NCBI GenBank assembly: GCA_036172245.1
Contig: JAYWIR010000019.1
Coordinates: 124,001 to 188,000, forward strand
Origin: Raillietiella orientalis
Taxonomy: Eukaryota
Direction: 5' to 3'
Length of the DNA stretch: 64,000 bases
Under the pieces are notes generated by a model. That model saw only the letters and a list, made by a program, of their open reading frames with translations. It was not told where the DNA came from and made no database searches. Both the position numbers and the translations under genes were made by a program. Positions 51,701 through 64,000 of this stretch are shown here, piece after piece; position 1 is the stretch's first letter, and each line of letters starts with the position of its first letter.

Positions 51701-54700
51701 AGCGACTTCCGCAAGGCGAGTGTGGGGTGACTCCCTGCCGCCCTGGCCGCGGGCGCTGGAAGGCAGGAGCGAAGGATTGTGTCCGTCCTCCACAGCGAAG
51801 TACCTCTTCCCTCACCCCCTTCTTCCCTGACGCGAAGGGGAGCGCGCTCCCGCTGCGGAGAGGGCGAGAAGGGGAGGAGAGGAGGGACGAAGAGGAGGGG
51901 ATTGAATGGGGAGGGAGGGATAAGAAGGAGTGGACGGGGAGAGGGAGGGATGAGAGTCGGGAGGGCAAATGCCGCGTCCTCCCTGGCCTCGGGAGCGGGA
52001 ATTCGGGTCGGCGGGATTCCGCTGCTCCTCCACCCCGCCAGAGCGAACCGCTCGTTCTGAATCGATCGATCGATCGACGGGTGCATCCGTCCGTCCGCGA
52101 GGGGATGGGGGGAGGGAGACACCCTTGAAAAACGTCGGCGAGCCGATCTGGCAACGCTGTTCCCTTCCCACTGCGATAGCGCGCGGGTCGTCTCGCCTCG
52201 ACTGGCGCTCCTGCTGTCACGACCCCAGGGAACCCCCACCCCCATCCCCCTAGAGACCCCGATCCATTGTTGCGGCCGTGCCTCCCATTGTTGCGCAGGC
52301 GCGGTCGCGTCCTGCCGCAGCCGGTCTTTTCAGCGGCGTCCCCTGTGGCGCAACGGGTTTTCCGGTCCCAATTGCAGTTTCTCCGCATTCCGAGGTTCCT
52401 GGAGGCGGAGACGCAGGCGTGGCTGTGATCACGTGTTCCCCCTCATCCACACCTGTTCTCGTCCACACTTGCGCCTCAGTCGAATGCACGCGCTGGCCTA
52501 TATTAATTCACCAAACAGATTTTCCTTTCCGGCCGTGATCCCTGCCTCCAGTAAGGATAATTGAGCGCTCGATTTCGAGCGCACATGTTTCATTTTCGAA
52601 AACCCCCGAGAACACTTAACACCGAGACGATCCCCTGAAGTGCTGCAGAGACTCTTCGCACAATGTCGCGCTTTTGACGCGCCTCGCATCCCCCCCCCCT
52701 CCCTTCTCTCTCTCCCCCCCCTCCCTCCCCCCAAAATCCGAGGAGGCGACTGAACGCAGCAGGGACCGCGTTGGAAAATGCGAAGAGTTTATTTTCGAAA
52801 GCGTGCAGTCGTTTCCTCCAACATGGCGCCCCCGCGCGAACCTCGGTTTTGATCGCAGTCCCTTGATGGGGAGAAACGAATCTTCGTTAAAGCGTTGGAA
52901 TTCGCCCGGTCTGATGTTGGATTCATTAAGTGCGGAATCTGAAGTTCGTGAGTGCGTCTTTCAGTCTGCTTGAATGCACGGAGACGAGGACCGGCTCTTG
53001 GAAAACAACTGTTTGTCGAGCATCGATTGCTCGAAAGAACTCGAGAGGAAGGGAACGCGCTCCCGACCGTCTCCCGCGTGGGGAGCAACACCGGGGAGGG
53101 TCCCCTCCCCCCCGTCGCTTCCAGGTGATAGGCAGCTGCCGGTGCTAAGATTTTTGCAGCTATGCGCTCTCGTTCCGAAGAGTGGATCGTGCGCCAGAAG
53201 GTGGATGCATTTCAGAAACTCCGAAAATCAACCGTACCATCCTCTGGAAGCCCTCCCGCCTTCCCTTTTCTTCCCTGCCAGCCTACAAAAGGATAGAGAA
53301 GGGTCCCGTGTCCCTTTTCTTAAAACATGCAGGCACGGCGGGAAGAATACCCACACAGGAGCCTCATTCCACTCGGGGAGGTGTCGCACCATCACATTCT
53401 ACAGATACAGGAGTAGAGAGGGGAAGATACTGGGGTCTCTCGAGATTTCCAGGACGGAAAGAGAAGGGGACGAACCGACCACGATCGCTTCCGAGATGGG
53501 AAAGACCCGTCGAACGAGCACGAAAACGTCCGCGGCGCACAAGAAGCCACGCGAGGACTTCTCTCAAAGGAAGAAAAACGTTGGGGCCGGGAGGCGAAGC
53601 GCCATCCGGTGTCCTTGCGAGGACACTGGATCGAACAAGGCGACACCATCGAAAAGTTTCCCCGGCCACCGAGGATGTGTGGGTCCATCCCACGGAGATG
53701 CAGCGGCAAGGAAACCTCGATCACGCGCAGGGCGACGCGTTGCCACGACCAAGTACCACCCGATGGACTCGTGGGGGACACGAAAGGCTGAAGAGGCCGT
53801 GCGAAGATCAACGGCGTACTGGCAAGGCAGTTTGTCGCCGGGTGACGGAACGCTGCCTCTCGAGGAAGGAGACTTTTCATCAATCTTCCGTTCGTTTCCC
53901 GTCCAATCCGTCTTGGCTCTTTTCTTTCAACATCTTTCTCTCTTTCATATCACTTTTCCCTCTGCTTTCCATTACCCCGGAACACGGAAGCATCTGGAAG
54001 ATTCGCTCTCGAGGATCGCTCGCGGCAGCCTCCAGCTCCAGTTGGCGGCGAGGCCATCTTCCTCACTGGCGGCGGATCACGTCGCAAAGAAGCCAGGGAG
54101 ACCGGGAGACATCGCTCGCCGGGATTGAGTTCTGAAGTCCCCTGTCAAGCAGGCAGCGGGACCTACGCTTGGCCATGAACCTCCCGGCTGAGCGTATACC
54201 CGCCTGGATCGTGGACAGGGACGAACGGACTAGGAGGCGGATTCGAGCAACCAGTCTTTCCGACTAGGGTGCACTGGTGGCAGAAGGGGAATGCAGTCGG
54301 GGGCGGACTGCGAAACTTGCCTCCTTGCGCGGATACTTACCGTCTTCGACGCAGAGCCGGGGTTTCCGAATCCCGAGCGCTCCGTCCCTACCTGGTTTCA
54401 AGAGCACAGCGAGTGTCCTCGCTTCGGCTTTGCCACAGGAAAATAACGAGTTGGCAGCTGGGTAGCAGGAAGGGAAGTGGTCACGGACAGGCGCGCGTTC
54501 ATGGCGAGAGGCGGGATTGCATGATGCAGCGAGTGGAATCTCCAGGAAATGTGCCGGGAGCGCTGATGCCGCTCCCGATTTCGGAGTCGAAAGGCAGGGG
54601 ATACCTTTTAGCAAGGGGAAAAAAGACTTGGAGTAGCTCGTTTGTGCTAAGCCCACCCAGGATTTGCGATCTCTCAGCACTCGTGTGCCCACATCACTGT

Positions 54701-57700
54701 CATCAGCATTCACGCTGTGTCTATCTGCTCGGGCTATTAATAGATCGGCGTCCGCATTGTTTACGTACGCCTAGGAACTCGCTTTTCGAAAAGGTAATTT
54801 TAGAAGAGGTGGCGCTATTTTTGGACTCGTCTTCGCGATTGTTGTCGACGTGTGGGAATTTTCGCCACGTGTTTCATTAAGGAGCGCGTGGCATCGTGGC
54901 ATTGCGCCCCGTTTGCGCGGTCGGCGTCCAGACTTTGAAAGGGGGGGAATGGGATTTTTTTTTTCCTTTGTGCGATTCCGTCCATGTACGAAATCGAAAA
55001 CCTTCGTCGCTTCTCCTCGCTGAGGGTAACGTCGGAAGAGATGCAAAGGCGCTCTCCCTTTTGCGTGTCGTTCTTCCGGAAGTGCTTCTGATGCCTGCGG
55101 TTCGCTGCTGCCACTGCGTCTGTTCTTTCCCGTCTTCTTCCTGCACCTGAAAGTTTACTCGGCTTGCCAAAGGGAGGGGGAGGGAACGAGAACGAGATCG
55201 CGGGATGCTTTTTCACACGTCGTTTGTTTTCGTTGCAGGTGAGCGGTATATCCAGTGAGATTTTCCGCCAGATCGAGAGCGTAGAGAATGATTACGACGC
55301 GGAAACCGCAGCAGCCCTGGAAGCAGTCGAGAAGCGCGGAGAAATGATGGTTAGGTTTCTCAGCCCCAGGCAACTCAGGAGGACCATGCCGGAGGTCGTG
55401 CGGACGTTCTTGGAGAAGCAGGTACGGGAGAGAAAAGGAAGATGCGCCGGCCGGATGCTCTTCCATGTGGCTGCACCGCCTTTCCCTTCTTCCCACAGGA
55501 CGTCAACTATGTCATTAACTTCGTGGAGATCGTCAAGCGCCCCGGGCAAACTCTGGGCATGTACATACGCGAAGGGAACGGGGTGACGCGCTTCGACGGC
55601 GTGTTCGTGTCCCGCGTCGCTCTGGAAAGCGCCGTGTCGGAGAGCGGATGCGTCCGCGTGGGCGACGAGATCCTCGCCGTCAACCTGGTGGACGTGACCC
55701 GCATGAGCCTGGACGACGTGGTCATCATCATGAGCATCCCGAGGCGGCTGGTCCTGACGACGCGCCAGCAGAGGCACCTCCCCCGCGGCACGCCCTCTCC
55801 TTGTATCCAGAGGACCGAGTTCAAACCTCCTCCAGTCGTCATCATGAAGAAGGGGATGAGCGAGGACTCCGTCGACGACGTGAAGGAGGGATTCTTTGCC
55901 CCGATGGACTACAAGGGGCACCCGACCATCCCGCGCTACACGCCCAGGCGCCACGCGGACTCGCTGCTCGCGGAGCGCGCCGAACCCGTGATTACGGAGC
56001 AGCCGTCCCCAAGGACTTCGCGCACCCTGGAGTCTCTGGCAGAGACCGTGCACTCCTTCTACTCAGGTACGGAGACCCCTCCCCCCCCGCAGAGACGGGC
56101 GACCGCGCCGCCGCGTCGCGGCGGGCAGGCGGTGGCGAAGCGCGGGGGAGGGTCGCCATGCGATCTGTCCCGCCTACGCCTGTCCTCGACCCTGGACCGC
56201 CACTACCAGGAGAGCCGCCAGCGGGTGGCCGCGCTTCGCAGGCGCGGAACGACCCTCGACTACTCGTCGGACACGGAAGTCCCTCCCGCCTACGCCGCCA
56301 CCTACCGGCCCCGCCTGCCTCTCGCCTCCATCCGGAGCAACTCCCTGCCCAGAGAAGCGGTGCGCGGCTGGAACAGAGCCGTCCCGCAGGCCTCCGCCGC
56401 CTCGATCGCCCTGACCGCAGTTCCGGACGGCCCTCCGGGAGGGGGTCGCGACCTCCCGTCCCTGGCCCGCGAGCTTCCCGGCGTCGGCGGTGGGATGCTC
56501 CTGTCCGGAACCCCCGAGGCGCGCAAGAGGATCTTCACGTCCGACGAATACCGCAACTGGCTGTGCCGGGCGCCATCCACCAGCGCCATCTACGAGCGTC
56601 AGCACCCGGCCCCCATGAGGCACGCGTCGCGTCTGGCGTACAGCGCCGAGAACGTCAACGACAGCGGCGAGAGCAGGGCGTGGAGGGACATTTCGACGGC
56701 AGCGGCGGCGGCGACGTCCGCCGCCAGTGACGCGCCCACCTCCGCCGGAGGAGTGGCGCTGCCGCCCGACCTGGAGACGTCCCAGTTCGTGAAGTACCGT
56801 CTGGATCGGTCGCGGACGCCTGTCGGGGGCGAAGGCCTCACCGGGATGCTGTGGATCCACCTGCTGGCGGGCCGCGGGCTGCGGGCTGCTTCGAGGGCCC
56901 ACAGCCAGCCCCGCGACCTCTACTGCGTGCTGGAGTGCGACCGCGTGCACCGGGCGCGCACGGTGGTCCGCAAGGGGGGTCACTCGTTCGACTGGGACGA
57001 GACCTTCGAAGTGGACGTCCTGGATGCCCGCGAGCTGGAGCTGCTCGTCTACTCGTGGGACGCCCAGCTGCGCCACAAGCTCTGCTACAAGGGGAGCATC
57101 CACGTGGCATCCCTGCTCGCCGAGGACCCCGTCCAGCAGCTGGCCCTCCGCATCGACCCCCGAGGCACCCTCTACCTGCGCATCCGCTTCACCGACGCGT
57201 GGCACTCGTTCCGCCGGCTGCCCTCCCCGGCGGCGCGGGTCTTCGGTGCGCCGCTCGAGTCCGTCGTCGCCCGGGAGGGCGCAGAGCTGGGCTGCCCCCT
57301 GCTCGTCCGCCGCTGCGCGGAGGAGGTCGAGCGCCGCGGGCTGGACATCATCGGGCTGTACCGGCTGTGCGGGTCAGCGATCCGCAAGCAGGCGCTCCGC
57401 GAGGCCTTCGACAGGGACCCTGCCGGCGTCGACCTGAGCCCCGCGGGAGTTCCGGACATCAACGTCGTCACAGGTGCGGGGGCGGGCTGGCTGGCGGGGA
57501 TCGCCGCTCCCTCCCTTACCCCAAGGGGCTCTTCCTTCCTCCCCTCCAGGCGTCCTCAAGGATTTTCTGAGGGAGCTACCGGAGCCTCTGATCGCCTCCT
57601 GCTTGTACAGGATGCTGGTCGACGCCGTGGGCGTCTGCCTGCCGGACGACGCTGAGGGCAATGCCAAGCTGCTGTTCTCCATCATCGACTGCCTTCCCCG

Positions 57701-58172
57701 GACGAACCGCGTAAGCGGCGCCGGCGCGCGCTGCTCCACGCCACCGCCCCGCCCTCCCTTCCTCTCGCGCAGTGCACCTTACTCCTGCTCATGGAGCACC
57801 TGCGCCTCGTGGTGAGCCAGGCCGACCGCAACAAGATGAGCCCCCGCAACCTGGCCGTCTGCTTCGGCCCCATCCTCATGCTGCAGTCCTCAGGACCGGA
57901 CCCTCTGGATTTCCGGGCCCCCATCCGGGTGCTGCAGTACCTGCTGGAGCTCTGGCCGTCGAAATCCGGTAGAGGAGGGGGTCAAGGCGCCGGCGCCGTC
58001 CGCTACTCCATCTTCTCCCCCTCGAAAGGACCCGGGGCAGGAGGGGAAGAGAAGGAACGAGGCGGCGGCGGCGGCGGCGCAGGAGGGATTGGTCACGTCA
58101 ACGTCCGTAGATAGCTCGGGCAGCAGCGAGGACAGCCAGGCGGGAGCGTTCGCCAGGAGTCTCCGCTTGTGA
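33760..58172 (+). CDS. RhoGAP100F: Rho GTPase-activating protein 100F / Syd-1 (PDZ, C2, RhoGAP), 7 coding exons, ~904 aa
   Basis: Exons 33760-33783 (gccgcc[17 protein letters not shown]), 51602-51715, 55239-55421, 55499-57473, 57550-57710, 57773-57968, 58111-58172 (2715 nt, phase-consistent). Recognised family sequence [20 protein letters not shown]...[18 protein letters not shown]...[10 protein letters not shown]2 ([12 protein letters not shown]...[16 protein letters not shown]); RhoGAP with arginine finger ([10 protein letters not shown]). The last exon is less certain: unspliced read-through would stop at 58114. Confidence 0.85.
36385..36630. repeat. Alternating purine-pyrimidine low-complexity tract
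   Basis: GTGTAC/GCAC/ATAC runs; similar tracts at ~930-1075, ~44700-44790 and ~61250-61310. Confidence 0.7.
37433..37552 (+). repeat. Inverted repeat arm 1 (arm 2 at 41452-41586)
   Basis: CGGCGACGTC.TGGGAAG...TTCCCTGCCCTCCCA.GATCGGGAGG...GTACGGACGAG.GTCCCGG..ACCAGGCG matches the reverse complement of arm 2. Confidence 0.85.
40803..41063 (+). mobile_element. Dispersed non-coding repeat, copy of 10801-11069
   Basis: Reverse complement of 10801-11069 with indels. Confidence 0.75.
41452..41586 (-). repeat. Inverted repeat arm 2
   Basis: Reverse complement of 37433-37552 with small indels. Confidence 0.85.
47406..47524 (+). repeat. ~120-bp direct repeat, copy 1 (copy 2 at 48739-48857)
   Basis: CATGTTTAAG...CAGCTTGCGTTCTGCCT..CCGGCAGT...GTCATTAACGCCCC.CGTTCGAGGAT shared. 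Confidence 0.85.
48739..48857 (+). repeat. ~120-bp direct repeat, copy 2
   Basis: As above. Confidence 0.85.
51602..51715 (+). CDS. RhoGAP100F: RhoGAP100F/Syd-1 exon 2 (NGRHQ...[10 protein letters not shown]) with GC donor
   Basis: Long pyrimidine tract plus CAG acceptor; encodes VVQSDFRK, which joins VSGISSEIF of the next exon; donor AAG|GCGAGT. Confidence 0.88.
55239..57968 (+). CDS. RhoGAP100F: RhoGAP100F/Syd-1 main coding block (PDZ, C2, RhoGAP)
   Basis: 737-aa ORF plus three flanking short-intron exons; GC3-rich codon usage; [28 protein letters not shown]hoGAP motifs. Confidence 0.97.
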
Positions 58173-58323
58173 AGTCGCCGCCCTGGGGGAAGAGGAGGAG
58201 GAGGAGGACCAGGGCCTCCCGCCCCCCGAGCGCCGAATCCCGACCGCACACTGCCCGTGACCACTGCCCCCATCCGCGGTGACACGTGTTCGCCGTCTGC
58301 TGCCCGTTGGTTCCGCACGAGAG

Positions 58324-58329
58324 AATAAA
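58324..58329 (+). promoter_or_regulatory. Putative polyadenylation signal of RhoGAP100F/Syd-1
   Basis: AATAAA about 150 nt after the predicted stop (58172). Confidence 0.5.
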
Positions 58330-59289
58330 AAGCTCGTGAGCCGCGGGTGGTTTCCAAGGGGCATCTCGGAAGGCCCGAAGAAAGAGAGAAGGACTTTCCC
58401 TCGCCACGCTGGCTCGACCTCTTTCTCCCTAGGAAAGGTTGCGAGCCTACCCGGGATGCCCCCCCTCCCCCCCTCCGACGGAAAGTGGCGTCCCCTTTCC
58501 GCGACCTCAACGGCACCGACAGGGTCCCCCCCCCCTTTTTTTTTTCAGCGACACTCTTTCTCCATGAGCAAGCGACGACGGCCTCCTGCCCCGGAGTAGT
58601 CCCGGGGTCGAATCTCCAGGGCGAGTCGGAGGAGGGAGGAGGGGAAGGTGCCGAGAAACTGGAATGAGGCGACAGCGGGAGTTTTCGTCAGCATCCCTCC
58701 CTCGTCCCCGTCTCTCTCCCTCTGCGGACCCAAACTCACGTCTTGCGATCGCACGACTGTGGGTGCAGCTGGTCGCTGGCGGGGGGAAAGCGTCCTGCCG
58801 GCTTCGCTTATCCCCCCCTCCCCACTCGCACAGCGGGCACTTCCCATCTTCAAAAACCCCGTTTTCGCAGCATCCCTGCTGCTGCTGTCATCTCCTGGAT
58901 CCGGCTAGCCTTATTTGCGGAGCAAAGGGCCCGCCCCCGGTCGACTCGCCCGATGGGAAGGTCATCGAGGTCATCATCGTCCCTTCACTGACCAACTCTC
59001 GGAGCCATCTTGAGAGGCATTTTTTGTCATCCAGGAGGGAGGGGAGGGGCGGATTCGCGAAGCGGGATCGTTTTAGAAGCGTTTCTAGTACTCTGGAAGG
59101 CCATGGGTCCTGCTTTCATCAGTCGACGCAGACTTCCTAAAGCGAGCAGCATCCCTGCTTTTTCGATCTCGCATGTCTTTCAGCCACTGGGGGGGGGGCG
59201 TGGGGTGCTGCGGTAGAGGCACGATTCTTCGCAATCACAGCGCTCCCATCGACCTCTGCCTTTGGTGCGGAGGCTTACTCGCGCAGGCC

Positions 59290-59525
59290 GCACCGCCAGG
59301 ATTCGAACCCGTGTCTTCCCTCTAGCCACCGTTTTCTTTTCTTTTCTTTTTCTTCTTTCTTCCACCTCTGCCAGCGAGCCAAGTCTGTTTGCTCGCGTCT
59401 TCCGCGCTAAAGCAGCGTTGAGGCCTCTCGCGCGCGGCTGCACCGCCGCCGGAGATTCGAACCCGCGCCCTTCCGCCACCCAACAATCGGCCAGGCCTGT
59501 TCGCTCGCGACTCGGCCCTACGCGA
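59290..59525 (-). mobile_element. Two tandem tRNA-derived SINE-like heads
   Basis: Minus strand CGGGTTCGAATCCTGGCGGTGC and CGGGTTCGAATCTCCGGCGGCGGTGC, about 150 bp apart; A-box-like TAGGGCCGAGTCG upstream of the second. Confidence 0.5.
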
Positions 59526-61551
59526 GGTTCGAGCATGGCTGAGGTGCTCTGTCAGGCAAGGTTTTTGGGAGGACGCAGTCCCCCTTTGGTGCTCTTTGGT
59601 CGCTGGGGTTACGCCTTTTATTTGCCCTTGCTTTGCACCTTTAGCAGAGTGCAGCGCCTGCAAAAAAAAAAAAGGGGGGGGGAGTATTGGGCTAATTCTT
59701 GCTTACAGACAGCGCTCCGGTTCTCCCAGCGTTTCCAGTTTGTCCACACTAGTTCAAACAAGAGATCACGAATCCTGTCATCCGACGACGCATCCTGGAG
59801 GCAGGGTCATCGACTCCAGAAAGCAGGGGGAAAAGAATCCGTCGTTTCTTCGGGATTTCATTGTTTCCACGGATCAGAGGGAAAAAGATCGATGGCGGAT
59901 GGCCAGATAGACTGACTGATGACCTTCACAAACTGCTCGCTAAATTGTGCCCTTGACTCTTAGCACCAATTCGTTCCCTTTAGAGAAAATCACGGCTGTC
60001 AAAATAAATAACTATATAATAGGAGGCTTCCGCTGAAAAGCATGACTTTGTTGACAGACTGAAGCCCAGAGTTGCCACAGAACAAACTGAAAGGGAGGGT
60101 GGTAAAATGCGAGGGCAAGAGCGGGGTAGCTGCAGTCTCATTCACGGTCCCCGGGGAGCGTGACAGGAAAAGCTGTGCTATGGCAAAAGAGTGGAACCAA
60201 GGAACAGTGTGCAAGAGTTGTAAGTCGCGAAGATAGGCCACGCGCAGCACTCCAAGGCTCCTCAGGAAAGTGACGTGGACTACGATGTGATAAAGAGCAA
60301 GCGAGGACAGTCTTCCAGAAACGGGAGCCTAGGGAGACGGCGTTCGTGAACACACCTGAGTAACTTTTGAGGCCTACAAGAACTCGTCTCGCCCTCTTCG
60401 TGAAAAGAGCACGGTTTTCATCCTAGGACCTTTCAGTCTAAAGGACAGAACCGAGGACCTATCCACACGTGCACAGCCACCTTCGCTCACCAGCCACAGG
60501 CAGCGACACAGGTCAGGTGAGGCAAAAGCCCAACTTTCAAGGTTTTTCACACTTCGGCTGGGCTTATCATTCGAAAGCAGACCTTTTTTTTTTTTTTTTA
60601 TTTCAGCAACCTCCAAATGCCTGTCGTTGCGAGAAAACGCAGCGGGGAGCGTGAAGAAAATCGCCCACGAAAACATGAATCGGACATACAGCTGAGGCTC
60701 GACGCAATGAAATAACGGAACTCGGCCCCCTCGGCACGAAGTTCCAGCCGGAATCGCAACTGCAACGGAAATTTTCTCAAGTGGACTCTCAGTGGACTCA
60801 GCTCTAGGAAGATTTTTGTTACTTCCAGAGTTCTAAACGGGCGCATCGTGTTCTTCCTCTCCACAAGCATTGGGTGGTGTTTCTCCTTCTGCTTTCGGAT
60901 CGTCTGCTGTCTTTTTCATTGTCTTCAGTGGCTGATGAATGATGTCCGTAGCGGATGTGCGAAACACGAACGGGATGAACTTCCACGCCACAGTCAGACT
61001 ATTCTGAAGAAGTTTCTAGATTTACTGATGAGTTCTAAAGGATGGATGCAATAAATGAATAAGAATCTTGTGGCAAATGAACGAAAGGGGGAGGAGCGAG
61101 CACGATTAGACGTGGCAAGTTAATAAGATTGATCCACAGTGTTCGAATGATACGATTCAGCATCCTCCCCAAGAAACTTCAACATACAATGATGTTTCTA
61201 AATTATGTCTCTAAATGTTTCACAAATGTTTCTAGATGAGAATCAGCGATCTCACGTGTACTTATTTTATATTTGCATGTACATGTGCACGTTACATTTA
61301 CGTACACACTACAGGTGCGGGTGAGCGACTTGGAACCAACGTGTCTTCGCCTCAACCTCGCCACCTTCCTCCGCGAGTCGGCCCACTTTCAAGTGGCTCA
61401 CCGCGTATTTTTAGATTGCATTGTTGGCCGCCATGCTGGTCGCGCACAATGACGTCACGACGCTCCGCAGAGCGTGCCGTTTCGAGCATTTTTTGCGGCG
61501 AAGGGCTCCTTCGTGCAAAGCAGCGGGGCCCTCACCCCAGCACCGAAGAAG

Positions 61552-61675
61552 GGCACTGGGGATCACGCCCGCACGGGGTCAAGGGAAGAGCTCGGTGGAA
61601 GACGCAAGGGTGCGGTTCAGTCCGTCTTTCTCGCATAACCTTGAAATCGGTCGAGGTCAGTTTTTGCTGCCCGCG
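61552..61675 (+). repeat. Dispersed repeat core, copy of 1170-1285
   Basis: As above; weaker similarity continues to about 61812/1083. Confidence 0.8.
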
Positions 61676-62873
61676 TCTTTCCTACGGCTTGTTGCGATAC
61701 GGGAAGGGGGGGGGGGCGGGGAGAAGGGTCCCTCAAAACCGCCCCTCCTCCAGTCTCGCCACGTTCCGCTTCAGAGCCACACGCTTGGGGAGGGCTGGTT
61801 TTAAGTGGTTCCGGAGCGTGTATTTGCCCACTTTGGAGGAACCGCTTCGTCAACAGTCAGGTGGCACAGACCCAGCCACGTGCAGGTGAACCAAGGAATG
61901 CACTGAAGCAGTGTGAGATCCTCCGAGGAGCTGAAACGCACAAACCCCTTCGCGTTTGAGGCGGTTATCTTCGTAAGAATTGCATGACCCCTGAAGTCTT
62001 CCAACGTGAAAAAGGGAAGAGCGAAACTTCGCACCGAGAGAACCTCGAGGAGAGCACGCCTCCTTAGAGCATGCGCAGCCTCCTTGAAAAAAAAAAAAAA
62101 AAAGGCAAATAAATCTAAAGACAAAGAGAATCTAAATCAAGTCATTTAAATGCAGTCTTCGAATGGGGAAAGGGGATGATGGTCAGGGCAAAAGGGAAAT
62201 GCGCCATCGACTGTAGAGTCGTACAGTCGCAAATCTGGTCGTTATCCACTTACGTCGGACTTTTTGGTGCTACGCTGATTGATTGCTTCTCCAGCTTCTC
62301 TTGCTCTAAGAAAACCTGCCCACTTAACAGGAGGGAAGTCCATTGCAGGGAAGCTGTATGGGCTTCGCTTGCGTATTCACAATGTTGAGGATCCAAGGTG
62401 TGTTTGCAAACTTTCTACTTCCAAAAATTCCCAACATGATGAAAGACCTCAGCACGAAGAAGAAAAAAAGAAACCGCTGCGAGAAGTAGATGGGACTTCT
62501 TCTAAAGTGTTCGACAGTTATTTCTGAAAGATTCTCGAAAGCACGCTGAAAACCACACACACACACAGGAAATTTTCTGGTAAAAAACGTAAGAAGGTAT
62601 TGCATTCATTAATATGGAGATTATTTTCCCGGTGAAGACTCCAGGCTGTGTCGAACGCAGACACCGTGCATCACTGCGGAAGCAGCGCGACTTTTTTTGT
62701 TGCATTCCCTCCCCCGCCCCCCAGTCTCGAACTGAATTTGAAAAATGGGTCTTTCCTCCCTGCCCCCCCCCCCCCCCTCCCGATTAATTCCTCGTTGGGA
62801 GATGCTCGGGGATCATCACCCCACGCCGATCTGCCCGAGTGCTCCCTCCCGGACTCCGCTGTCATCCTTCCGT

Positions 62874-62874
<1 letters not shown>

Positions 62875-62910
<36 letters not shown>
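62875..62910. repeat. (CAG)12 microsatellite
   Basis: Perfect trinucleotide run. Confidence 0.95.
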
Positions 62911-62911
<1 letters not shown>

Positions 62912-64000
62912 TCTTCTTTGCCTCGTCTCTCCACGTGGCCATGACCATGCAAATAATCAGATCGTGGGTGTGTCCTTGTGAAAATTTAGGAACGCCGTTT
63001 TCCTGGATTACGTACTCGCCCTTGCATCACCGCAGCTGCACTCCCGTGGACCGGTGAGATGTGTCCTCACCGGACACTCTATTTAGCGCGACAAATAACG
63101 AAGGAACCATGGCTGATTGTATTCCGAGCCACGTTGCTATGGATACGGTTGGAGTTGCTGTTTTGCTACCGTAAACGTGTATAATGCGGATGATTATATA
63201 CCAAAAAAAAAAAAAAAAAACACGAATCATATTAAAACTCGAACGACGCGAATTGTAACCTTCCAAGCTCATCAGAAAGTCTCCACAAAAAAAGGTACGA
63301 ACTTTTTTGGTGTTGGTTGGTAATCGGAACAAGCGAAAGCCTTAATAACGCCAGTGTACGGCAGTTTTGGTTGTGGGCATTTGAGGTGACTCTGCCATTC
63401 GTACACAGAAAGACACTATTGTTAGAAATGTAGTCTGTGGTTGCATATTTGTATTTATACCTAACACCACTGCAGTAAATGCAGGTAGTGTAGCATTTCT
63501 GGAGGCAGTAGAACGCTCTGAGCACAAAGACACTTGGTGACTGTGTAGGTGAAACTCGAATTCGGAATCGAATGAATTTCGTGAGTTCGTGATGGTAAGG
63601 AAAAGTGAAACTGCTAGAATTAAGTGTCTTGCTGAGTGTTCTCGTGTAAAGTTATCCTTAACTGCACGGCGTGTGTTCTTGTGCGGTAGGGGTGTACAAT
63701 GAATGCATCATTGAACTGGTGGCATTAAGTTCACCATGCATTTAGGTCAGTTGGGTGGTAATGTATTATTTTTCAAGTTTCAGAGTTAAAAGTCAAGTAA
63801 GTAAGTTGTTTAAGTTATTTACCAGCACGTTGTTAATGAGCAGGTAAAGCTTTCATGTGGTCATTATGAAGAGAGAACTTGTTAGAGTAATTTTTTTTTA
63901 TTTTTTTTTTATTTTTTTAGATACTGCAAGCGTTATATAACCATAATTCCAATTCTTTGAGTTGCGCTTCAGTTGAAATGTTTTCTGAGTGATACAGATC

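Noticed and set aside
52974..54135. Two overlapping 384/317-aa ORFs in the Syd-1 intron
   Set aside because: No recognisable domain; Arg/Ser/Pro-rich composition expected from stop-poor GC-rich DNA
55292..57570. Long overlapping ORFs (55292-56053, 56174-57205, 55648-56730, 56851-57570)
   Set aside because: Shadow frames of the GC3-rich RhoGAP100F exon
62839..63057. PolyQ ORF over (CAG)12
   Set aside because: Microsatellite with no supporting exon structure
1..64000. CRISPR array, prokaryotic operon or autonomous transposon
   Set aside because: No regularly spaced repeats, no operon-like ORFs, no RT/integrase/transposase motifs; the genes have spliceosomal introns

Overview
Eukaryotic genomic DNA, probably from an arthropod (inferred from the Syd-1/RhoGAP100F sequence type). 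It is GC- and CpG-rich, with many 48-140 nt spliceosomal introns and scattered AT-rich islands. Two multi-exon genes could be assembled by hand on the + strand. (1) A complete 17-exon, ~730-aa, highly diverged classical-dynamin paralogue (11653-22202) with GTPase, stalk, degenerate PH and GED domains; it stops right after the GED, so it has no proline-rich domain. (2) RhoGAP100F/Syd-1 (33760-58172, ~904 aa; PDZ-C2-RhoGAP), with a short MLCCGRKK first coding segment, a 17.8-kb intron, a GC-AG intron and a very short C-terminus. Weaker candidates are a small minus-strand Cys/His (zinc-finger-like) gene at 24444-25059, a chain of micro-exons at 2095-2765, and a 177-bp duplicated segment with codon-like divergence (8370/10151). 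The rest is intronic or intergenic DNA with several diverged dispersed repeat pairs, tRNA-B-box (SINE-like) heads, a pre-miRNA-sized hairpin and simple repeats. No rRNA, intact tRNA, CRISPR array or transposase/RT gene was recognised. All alignments were done by eye, and reference residue numbers are recalled rather than computed.
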